A stretch of DNA of 64,000 nucleotides from an uncultured delta proteobacterium (GTDB taxonomy: Bacteria > Desulfobacterota > Binatia > UBA9968): NCBI GenBank assembly GCA_963840855.1, contig CAWJBB010000039.1, positions 60,517 through 124,516 of the forward strand, given 5' to 3'. The notes below the pieces were generated by a model. The model was not told the DNA's origin. It did not search any database and saw only the letters and a list, made by a program, of their open reading frames with translations. This document shows positions 56,713 to 64,000 of this stretch, in pieces. The first letter of the stretch is position 1, and each line of letters starts with the position of its first letter. A program made the translations under genes and the position numbers.

Positions 56713-58974
56713 ATGAAGGATCTCTATCTGATCGGCAGCCTACCCTGGTGGCTCATCGCGCTCGGCGCCGTTGCCGTCGCGGCGCTGCTCGTCTTGCAGT
56801 TTATCCAGCTCAGGCAACGGCTCGCTGCCGGCCAATCGCTGTTTCTGGTGGCGCTGCGCGCTTGCGTTTACGGCGTGTTGCTGTTCTTTCTTTTTGGGCC
56901 AGCCCTCATAGAAAAACGTCAGACCAAACTGCGCCGGCCGTTGACCGTTCTCGTGGACAGCTCGCAGAGCATGAACTTCCCGGCCAACGCCAGGTCAGAG
57001 CCCGGTGAAAAACCAGGGCAAAGCCGCCTCGATCTAGTCAAAGCAAAATTGGCGGCGGGCCAAGAGCCACTGATTCAGAGACTCAACCGCGATTACGATC
57101 TGCGCCTTGTTCGCTTTGGCGCGACCATGGAACCCATCGCGCCGGCGGCGCTTGCCGAGCTTAGGGCGCAAGACCATGGGACGCGTCTGCTGGAAACACT
57201 CCAGGCAGTCGCTAAGGATGCAAGCTTGCAATCCAGTATTATTGTTTTCAGCGACGGCATCGCCAACGGTGAACGACAAACGCTGGACGGATTGCCGCCG
57301 TTTCCCGTGCCGGTATTCACCGTCGGCCTGGGCGAGCCCGAGGGCTTCACCGACCTGCGCATCGCAGAATTGAAAGCTCCTGAGTTCGCCTTTCGCGGCC
57401 GCGAGCTAAAACTCGATCTCACGGTCAGGGCCTACGGCCTGAAGGGCAAAACTGTGCCGCTCTATTTCAACCGCGGGCGCAATCTGATCACGAGCCGCTC
57501 GGTGGCCATCGACGCCGATCCGTTCGAGTATAAACTAACGCTCAGCTTTACGCCCAACGAAATTGGCACACATAGTTTTTCGCTGAATTTGCCGGTTCAA
57601 CCCGGTGAACAGATCAGCCAGAACAACCACAAAGAGTTCAAGATCGACGTGCAAAGAGACAAGCTCCGCGTGCTGACTCTGTCCGGCGCTCCCGCGTGGA
57701 ACTATCGTTTTCTGCGCATGGCGCTCAAACAGGACCCGCTCATCGATCTGGTGTCATTCGTTTTTCTACGTACTCCCACCGACAGCGTCGATGTGCCGGA
57801 CAGCGGGCTAAGTCTGATCCCGTTTCCCATCGACGATATTTTCCTCGATGAGCTGAAAAACTTCGACGTCGTCGTGCTCGACGATTTTTCCCACCGCTCC
57901 TATTTCAATCCCGTCTATCTGGAGCGCGTCCGGGACTTCGTGCGCGACGGCGGCGGGCTGGCGATGTTCGGCGGCGTACGCGGATTCGACAGCGGCGGCT
58001 ACGGCGAGAGCGCGCTCAAGGAAGCGCTGCCGGTGGAACTGGACGGCAAAGGCACTTATCAAAACGGGGGCAGCCTGCGCCCGGCGCTCACCGCCGCGGG
58101 GAAAGCCCATCCTGTCACCCGGCTGCTTCCCGATCCCCGTTCTAACGAAGAGGCATGGGGCAAAATGCCGCCGCTCACGGCGTATAACCAGGTGCGCGCC
58201 GCGCGCGGGGAAACCCTCGTGACCGCCAGCGGCGATGGATCCGGCGGCGCTCTGCCGATGCTCACCGTCGGGCGCTTTGGCAAAGGGCGCACACTGGCGC
58301 TGATGAGCGACGAGGCGTGGCGCTGGAACTTCATCGCCGCCGGCAATCGCGAGACGCCGCAGAATCATCTGAAGCTCATTCGCCAGTCGGTGCGCTGGCT
58401 CGCTCAGGAGCCCTCCTTCGAACAGGTACAGTTTCGGCCGATTGCAATCGCAAAGCCGGGTGAAAAAACTGCCATCAAGCTGCGCGTGCTCAAAGACGAC
58501 TTTACGCCGGCGCGCCAGGCATCGGTGCAACTGCGTGTCTTCGGCCCGGACGGCGAGCCCTCGATCATCGCCGCCACCGCGGACGGCGAGGAAGGCGAAT
58601 TCGTCGGCGAATACACACCGGTTAAAGAAGGCGCATACCGCGTCGAGGCCGAAGCGACGCTGGCGGGAAAGGCGCTGGGCAAAGACCGGGCAGGATTTTC
58701 CGTCGCCTATCCGTACGGCGAGGCCGATGACGGGCGGCCGCGCATGGACTTGCTCAAGCAGATCGCCGCGAGCAGCCAGGGCGAATACTTTTCCATCAAC
58801 GACTGGAACGAAAAAAGTCTTGAAAAAATCGCCGCCAAGCTGGAAAAACATACGCCGTCTTCCATAACCGAGCAGCGTCAAACCAAGCTCTGGAGCACAC
58901 TCTGGCCCTTCGCGATGATCTTGGCGTTCCTGAGCGTCGAGTGGTGGATGAGACGGAAGTGGGGGCTAATATAA
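56713..58974 (+). CDS. Membrane protein with vWA, Ig-like and GATase-like (DUF1355-type) domains
   Basis: LVDSSQSM, FSDG, GGGLAMFGG, LPVEL, GKGR, WRW, C-terminal EWWMRRKWGL. Confidence 0.85.
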   Translation: MKDLYLIGSLPWWLIALGAVAVAALLVLQFIQLRQRLAAGQSLFLVALRACVYGVLLFFLFGPALIEKRQTKLRRPLTVLVDSSQSMNFPANARSEPGEKPGQSRLDLVKAKLAAGQEPLIQRLNRDYDLRLVRFGATMEPIAPAALAELRAQDHGTRLLETLQAVAKDASLQSSIIVFSDGIANGERQTLDGLPPFPVPVFTVGLGEPEGFTDLRIAELKAPEFAFRGRELKLDLTVRAYGLKGKTVPLYFNRGRNLITSRSVAIDADPFEYKLTLSFTPNEIGTHSFSLNLPVQPGEQISQNNHKEFKIDVQRDKLRVLTLSGAPAWNYRFLRMALKQDPLIDLVSFVFLRTPTDSVDVPDSGLSLIPFPIDDIFLDELKNFDVVVLDDFSHRSYFNPVYLERVRDFVRDGGGLAMFGGVRGFDSGGYGESALKEALPVELDGKGTYQNGGSLRPALTAAGKAHPVTRLLPDPRSNEEAWGKMPPLTAYNQVRAARGETLVTASGDGSGGALPMLTVGRFGKGRTLALMSDEAWRWNFIAAGNRETPQNHLKLIRQSVRWLAQEPSFEQVQFRPIAIAKPGEKTAIKLRVLKDDFTPARQASVQLRVFGPDGEPSIIAATADGEEGEFVGEYTPVKEGAYRVEAEATLAGKALGKDRAGFSVAYPYGEADDGRPRMDLLKQIAASSQGEYFSINDWNEKSLEKIAAKLEKHTPSSITEQRQTKLWSTLWPFAMILAFLSVEWWMRRKWGLI

Positions 58975-58976
58975 TC

Positions 58977-59035
58977 GTAGGGGCAGACCCGTGTGTCTGC
59001 CCTCCGGACGGGCAATCACGCAGGATTGCCCCTAC
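58977..59035. repeat. GTAG-type REP dimer (two inverted REP hairpins)
   Basis: GTAGGGGCAGACCCGTGTGTCTGCCCT ... GGGCAATCACGCAGGATTGCCCCTAC. Confidence 0.85.
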
Positions 59036-59092
59036 AAACTCCCCACGCAAGGAACAACATGAATCGCTCGAAGACGCATAACAGCAGCATGC

Positions 59093-59857
59093 GTGGTAAT
59101 AGCCGGATTGGTAATGTTACCCCGGCTTGCGTGGGCGTTCTGCCACGAGCTCGAGGTCGTCAACCGGCCGAGCTTGCGCTATGTCGCGAGCGCCTCGCGC
59201 CCAGTCGAAATCGAGTGGTTCGGCCACGCCACCTTTCAGATTACCTCGTCGAAAGGCACGCGCATCCTCGCCGATCCCCACGGTCGCAGTGATTTGCGCT
59301 GGCCCACGCTCGACCAGCATATCGTCACCACCAGCCATCCGCATGGCGCCCACAGCCATATCTGGATGGCCAAGGGCGCTCCGGTTGTTCTTGAAGGGCT
59401 GACCCCGGGCGGAGAGAACTGGCAGAAGATTCATACGACGATCCGCGATGTCGCGGTATATTCCGTTCCCGCTTATCACGATAAAAGCCAGGGACTACAA
59501 CGCGGTAAGAACGCGATCTTCGTCTTTCGGGTCGATGATATCTGCATTGCCCACCTGGGGGATTTGGGACATCATTTGACGCCGCCCCAGCTTAAACTAC
59601 TGGGCAAGATCGACATTCTTTTGGTGCCCGTGGCCGGCGGCATGTTTACGGTGACACCGACCGAGGCTATCGAAGTGACGAAACAAGTCAATCCACGCAT
59701 TGCCATTCCCGAACATTATTGGTGGGAAGGTGGCGCCGATCGATTCGCCGCGGGTTTCGCGAAAGTGAAGCGCCTCAATGGCGCAGTATTGAGAATCACC
59801 AAGCAGGAGCTGCCGCCGCCCACCGAAATCATCGTGATGACCTGGGAGCGGCACTAA
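59093..59857 (+). CDS. Exported MBL-fold metallo-hydrolase
   Basis: WFGHATF, DP, SHPHGAHS, AYHD, HLGDLGH, IPEHY; true start probably ATG 59059 with a +1 frameshift. Confidence 0.85.
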   Translation: MVIAGLVMLPRLAWAFCHELEVVNRPSLRYVASASRPVEIEWFGHATFQITSSKGTRILADPHGRSDLRWPTLDQHIVTTSHPHGAHSHIWMAKGAPVVLEGLTPGGENWQKIHTTIRDVAVYSVPAYHDKSQGLQRGKNAIFVFRVDDICIAHLGDLGHHLTPPQLKLLGKIDILLVPVAGGMFTVTPTEAIEVTKQVNPRIAIPEHYWWEGGADRFAAGFAKVKRLNGAVLRITKQELPPPTEIIVMTWERH

Positions 59858-59881
59858 AATATCTACCGGTGCTGGGATTGA

Positions 59882-59991
59882 CTCGCGCCAAGGCGCAAAG
59901 CACGCGAAGTTCGGAAGGGAAAGATTGATAATCTTACAAAGATCTTCACCATTTTTCTCCGACCTTTGCGGCCTTGGCGTCTTTGCGCGAG
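59882..59991. repeat. Nonamer-like inverted-arm element
   Basis: CTCGCGCCAAGGCGCAAAGCACGCGAAGTTCGGA ... TCCGACCTTTGCGGCCTTGGCGTCTTTGCGCGAG. Confidence 0.8.
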
Positions 59992-60098
59992 ATATCCCTA
60001 GTTTTGGTTGCGGCTTCGCCGCGCTAGGTCTTTGTGGTGGTTACCTCTTCACAGTCATACCGAAAGAACAGAAATAATGGACGAAGGGAGTTCGGTCT

Positions 60099-61067
60099 AT
60101 GAGAGCCGTACGCGTGCACAATTTTGGCGGACCGGAAGTTCTCAAAAACGAAGAGATTGCGGTCCCTGAACCCAAGGCCGGTGAAGCGCGCGTCAAGATC
60201 GAAGCCATCGGCCTCAATTACATTGACATCTACCAGCGCACCGGTCTCTACCCGCTGCCGCTGCCATTCACCCTCGGGAGGGAAGCAGCCGGTCTGGTCG
60301 ACGCCACCGGCCCGAATGTCACGGAGGTCAAAGTCGGCGACCGCGTTGCCTATGCAATGGAGCCGGGGGCCTACGCGGAATATGCCGTTGTGCCGGCGTG
60401 GAAGCTCGTCCCCGTGCCTGCCAATGTCGACACCCTCTCCGCCGCCGCGACCATGCTTCAGGGGATGACTGCCCACTACCTGGCTCACAGCACCTACCCG
60501 CTTAACCAAGGCGATATCGCGCTCGTCCACGCGGCCGCCGGCGGAGTCGGCCTGCTCTTGATTCAGATCGCCAAACGTCGAGGCGCCAGAGTCTTGGGCA
60601 CGGTCTCAACAGAGGAAAAGGCGCGTCTAGCCAGGGACGCTGGCGCGGACGAAGTGATTCTTTATAGCCGCGTGGATTTCGGCACAGAGGTAAAAAGGCT
60701 GACCAGCGGCGCGGGAGTCCATGTGGTCTACGATTCCGTCGGCGCGACTACTTTTGAAAAGAGCCTCGATTGTCTGCGTCCGCGCGGTTATCTGGTTCTC
60801 TTTGGACAGGCGAGCGGTCCGGTCCCGCCGTTTGATCTCGGCAAGCTGGCAGCGAAGGGATCGCTCTTCGTCACCCGGCCAACCTTGGTCCATTATATGA
60901 GCGACCGGCGCGAGCTGCTCGAACGCGCCGGCGATCTCTTCAACTGGATAGCTTCGGGGAAACTGAAGCTGCGCATCGAAAAAACTTTCCCCCTGGCCGA
61001 AGCCGCCGAAGCGCACCGGCAGCTGGAAGGCAGAAGGACGACGGGAAAAGTGATTTTATTGCCGTGA
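60099..61067 (+). CDS. qor: NADPH:quinone oxidoreductase (zeta-crystallin-like)
   Basis: [44 protein letters not shown]. Confidence 0.92.
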   Translation: MRAVRVHNFGGPEVLKNEEIAVPEPKAGEARVKIEAIGLNYIDIYQRTGLYPLPLPFTLGREAAGLVDATGPNVTEVKVGDRVAYAMEPGAYAEYAVVPAWKLVPVPANVDTLSAAATMLQGMTAHYLAHSTYPLNQGDIALVHAAAGGVGLLLIQIAKRRGARVLGTVSTEEKARLARDAGADEVILYSRVDFGTEVKRLTSGAGVHVVYDSVGATTFEKSLDCLRPRGYLVLFGQASGPVPPFDLGKLAAKGSLFVTRPTLVHYMSDRRELLERAGDLFNWIASGKLKLRIEKTFPLAEAAEAHRQLEGRRTTGKVILLP

Positions 61068-61089
61068 AAACAATCAGCGCCCGCCCGCC

Positions 61090-61632
61090 TCATGGCTGAG
61101 AACGCGTGAAACGCTGATCGGAGAGCAGTTCCTGGAGTTTTTTTCGCTGCTCCGCCGTCAACAAGGCTTTGCCTTTCTCGATGGCGCGGATGCGCGCGAT
61201 GCGCAGGTCGGCGCGCAGCCGTTCGATGTCGCGAATCTTCGCCTCAACTTTCGCCAGATCGGCGCTTTGCGCCTGCAAAAGATTGTTGAGATCGATCTCG
61301 GCGACGCGAATATCGGCCTCGTTACGGATCGTTTCTTTCTCAAAGTCGCTGCGCAGTTGTTCCAGTTTTTTGACTTGATCGTCGGAGAGCCCGAGTTTCT
61401 CGCGGTTGCGCAATAATAGCGAGATCACCGGTTGCTGCTCGTGCGCCGTGGTGCCGCCGAAATATTCCCACCAGCGTCCCAGCCACCCGCGAAAATCCTT
61501 GCCCAGTTCCTCGAAGCTCTGGCTGCTATCGTCGCGCACAGCCGTTTTCTTATCTTCCGCAGCGCGCGCTGTACCGGAAAGAGATAGAAGCAGCAAAGAC
61601 AGCAAAATCGCTGAACCCGCGTAGCTCTTCAT
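61090..61632 (-). CDS. Spy/CpxP-family periplasmic protein
   Basis: Signal peptide; LGLSDDQ and LTAEQ (LTxxQ) motifs. Confidence 0.82.
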   Translation of the reverse strand: MKSYAGSAILLSLLLLSLSGTARAAEDKKTAVRDDSSQSFEELGKDFRGWLGRWWEYFGGTTAHEQQPVISLLLRNREKLGLSDDQVKKLEQLRSDFEKETIRNEADIRVAEIDLNNLLQAQSADLAKVEAKIRDIERLRADLRIARIRAIEKGKALLTAEQRKKLQELLSDQRFTRSQP

Positions 61633-61754
61633 GGCGATCTCCATCAATATAAATCTAATGTAGAAATTAGAACTCCCGAATGGGCGGTTGTCAATTGGCC
61701 ACGCTGCCGGCAGTGAGGCGAGAGAATTTGCGCCTCCCCAAGCGACCCGTTACT

Positions 61755-62546
61755 TCATCCGATGATCAACGTCAGGCATTTGGCGCTACCGCCCGCTTTG
61801 AGAAACTCATCGAGGGGGGTTTCGAAAACGTTGAAGCCGAGCTCGTCGAGTTTTCCGCGAACCACGGGGCAGCCCGTGTTCATGATGACGTTTTTTCCGC
61901 CGACAACGGCGTTGCAAGCGAAGCGCTCCGCTTCCTGGGCCGGTACGGGGATGAGAACCGGTATTTGATTCTCAAGCACCGCTTGCGCGTAAGCGTCGAA
62001 GGCGGCGGGATAATACAGCGCCGCCCTTTCCGAAAGCGGACAGAAGCAGGTGTCGAGGTGGTAGAACCAGCCGCTCGTCAACTCGAGCGAGAGTATTTCC
62101 TGATCGATAATCTCAGCCACTCTCTGGTGCGCGACCATGTCGGAGCGAATGTGGTAACCCGCGAACCATGACTCGCCGCAGCGCAAGAGGTCTCCTTCGC
62201 CCTCAAAGTAGTAGTCCTGCGGCAGGTGAATGACCTCGTATCCCCGCTCGCGGAACCATGCAGCAAAATGCGCTGCCTCGCCTCTTCGGACTTCGTGGCG
62301 GAAGTTGCTCACGATAAATTTATTTTGCCAAACCACTCCGGCGTTGGCAGTAAACACCATGTCCGGGAGCCCCGGCTTGGCGTCGATCAAGTGAATTTCC
62401 GCAGGCAATTTCTCGGCCAGCACGCGGTGCAATTCGCTCCACTGCCGCATGGCCAGCCCCGCGTCGCTCTGGCGGCTTCGCTTCATCCAGGGATTGATCT
62501 CGTACTCGATGCCGTAATAGGACGGCGGGCACATCAACAGCTGCAT
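61755..62546 (-). CDS. Amidinotransferase-fold enzyme, ArgZ/AgrE arginine dihydrolase domain-like
   Basis: LMCPP...INPWM, LPDMVFTANAG, FEGEGD, FYHLDTCFCPL, FACNAV, FLKAGGSAKCLTL. Confidence 0.88.
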   Translation of the reverse strand: MQLLMCPPSYYGIEYEINPWMKRSRQSDAGLAMRQWSELHRVLAEKLPAEIHLIDAKPGLPDMVFTANAGVVWQNKFIVSNFRHEVRRGEAAHFAAWFRERGYEVIHLPQDYYFEGEGDLLRCGESWFAGYHIRSDMVAHQRVAEIIDQEILSLELTSGWFYHLDTCFCPLSERAALYYPAAFDAYAQAVLENQIPVLIPVPAQEAERFACNAVVGGKNVIMNTGCPVVRGKLDELGFNVFETPLDEFLKAGGSAKCLTLIIG

Positions 62547-62603
62547 ATTTACCGCTGGGTCGAAAGGATTTTGACCACCCTGAAGAAACGCACTGTGTGC
62601 GCA

Positions 62604-62694
62604 GTTCAAGGTTCAAGTTCAAGGTTCAAAGTTAGGGATCGAGCTACTACGGTTCAGTAGAGAACGGATTGCGTTGAACATTGAACATTGAACC
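62604..62694. repeat. GTTCAA/TTGAAC heptamer inverted-arm element
   Basis: GTTCAAGGTTCAAGTTCAAGGTTCAAAGTT ... GTTGAACATTGAACATTGAACC. Confidence 0.88.
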
Positions 62695-62709
62695 AATAGG
62701 CCAAAAGCG

Positions 62710-63942
62710 CTACGGCAAGGTTTTCAAATCCAAGTTGCCGCACAGCTCGCGCAGAAACGGCTCCACGTCGGTGACCAGCCCGAGGGCTTGGAAAGTGCCC
62801 CGGTCGGTGAGCTTCGTCACGACCGCGGGATTGATATCCACGCAGACCGTCTTTACGCTCGCGGGCAAAAGATTCCCAGTGGCGATGGCGTGGAGCGTCG
62901 TTGCCATCATCAGCGCGAAGCTTACGCCGCGCACCTTTTCCCGCATGGCGTCCTGGGCCGCCAAGGTATCCGTGATCACGTCGGGCAACGGTCCATCGTC
63001 GCGTATCGAACCCGCGAGCACGAACTCCACGCCTTTTTTTATGCAGGAATAAAAAATTCCCTTTTCAATCAGGCCCTGCTCGACGGCTTGCCGTATGCCG
63101 CCGGCCCGCCTGACACGGTTGATCGCCCAGAGATGATGCTCGTGGCCTTCGCTGGCGCGAATTTTCTTTTCCAAGTAAACACCCAGCGACGTGCCGTAGA
63201 GGGACGATTCGATGTCGTGGACGGCGAGCCCGTTGCCTGCGAAGAGAACTTGGATGTAGTCGTTTTCAATCAGCTCGACGAGATACTTCGAACCGCCGGT
63301 ATGCACCAATCCCGGACCCGCCACGACAAGTATGCGCCCGTTCTCGCGCCGCGCGCGCTGCATCGATTCCGCGATCTCGCGGATCAGGAGTCCCTTGGGT
63401 TGCTCCGTGGACACCGCGCTGGCCATGAACTCGAAGGCCGCGCGCGGCTGCTGCCGTTCTAACGGCACGATCTTAACGCCCCGGTGGCCGACCACGACAA
63501 GATCGCCTTGCATGACGCGATGCATCGGCACGCACTGCGCTCGTCCGGCGCGAGGCTCAACGCGAATACCGCAATCCATCTCGATGGATTCGACGGGGAT
63601 CCAGCGGTTTTCCAGGCGCACCGAAGTTTCCAGGTTGGTGGTCGCGTAAAAATCGTCGGGGAAGACACCATCGGCGGGCGCCGCTTCCAGCTCCGCGGAT
63701 TCGTTCTCCGCCTGCTCGGGAAGCGCGCCATGTTCTCTGATTTTTGCGAGTACGCGGTCGAGCGCTTCAGGGCTCGGGGCCTCGATTTGAATCCGCGCGT
63801 AACTGCGGTCAGCGCGGCGGTGGCCGACTTGAATCTCGAGAATCTCGAACTCCGCGCCAAGGTTGACGATCAGGTCGAGGACCTTGGGGAGTAGGAGCGA
63901 GTCGATGATGTGACCGGAAATCTGTACGATGCTCCGAGCCAT
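62710..63942 (-). CDS. TIGR00300-type protein (ornithine cyclodeaminase-like C-terminal part of AgrE/ArgZ)
   Basis: GHIIDS, GVFPDDFYATTN, EMDC, FEFM, AGN.LAVHDIE, AGSIRDDGPLPD, CVDINP.VVTKL.DRG. Confidence 0.88.
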   Translation of the reverse strand: MARSIVQISGHIIDSLLLPKVLDLIVNLGAEFEILEIQVGHRRADRSYARIQIEAPSPEALDRVLAKIREHGALPEQAENESAELEAAPADGVFPDDFYATTNLETSVRLENRWIPVESIEMDCGIRVEPRAGRAQCVPMHRVMQGDLVVVGHRGVKIVPLERQQPRAAFEFMASAVSTEQPKGLLIREIAESMQRARRENGRILVVAGPGLVHTGGSKYLVELIENDYIQVLFAGNGLAVHDIESSLYGTSLGVYLEKKIRASEGHEHHLWAINRVRRAGGIRQAVEQGLIEKGIFYSCIKKGVEFVLAGSIRDDGPLPDVITDTLAAQDAMREKVRGVSFALMMATTLHAIATGNLLPASVKTVCVDINPAVVTKLTDRGTFQALGLVTDVEPFLRELCGNLDLKTLP

Positions 63943-64000
63943 CGGAAACCTCACGGGGCATCTTATCGCCGCAAGGCTCGGACCACAACATCAATGACCG

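Noticed and set aside
9586-62694. GTTCAA arrays as CRISPR repeats or LexA boxes
   Set aside because: No repeat-spacer array or cas genes; spacing is GTTC-N3 or N5, not GAAC-N4-GTTC or GTTC-N7-GTTC; many copies are not at promoters.
1-64000. tRNA, rRNA, integrase, transposase, prophage or defence genes
   Set aside because: None recognised by eye; a covariance-model and HMM scan would be needed to exclude divergent cases.

Overview
Bacterial chromosomal window, mostly high-GC. Gene content (Rieske oxygenase, NMT1-type binding proteins, amidohydrolases, EutA-like ATPase) suggests Candidatus Binatia or a related deltaproteobacterial lineage; this is inference, not a database result. In order: an AT-richer polysaccharide export island (wzm/wzt, methyltransferases, rfbD, a scrambled second wzt at the left edge); a GT2; the argS-SPOR-trpDCFBA-folC-lptD run; catabolic genes, including a phthalate-dioxygenase-like cluster; envelope genes; a tightly coupled operon of a remodelled tryptophanase/TPL-like enzyme, an acyl-CoA ligase and two SDRs; a CutA-NUDIX fusion; hisI/hisG; a microprotein-TPR-ferredoxin-carboxyltransferase operon; an orphan eutA-like gene; a seven-gene DUF4175/MoxR/vWA operon; and a split ArgZ/AgrE-like pair. 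No tRNA, rRNA, CRISPR array or transposase was recognised. The most striking non-coding signal is 17 intergenic elements built from short tandem units (period 6-9 bp), most arranged as inverted arms, ten from one GTTCAA/TTGAAC family. Also notable is a sigma54-preceded microprotein with canonical C2H2 zinc-finger spacing. Three +1 frameshifts and several rearrangement junctions may be sequencing or assembly artefacts. All product calls come from motif reading, not HMM searches.
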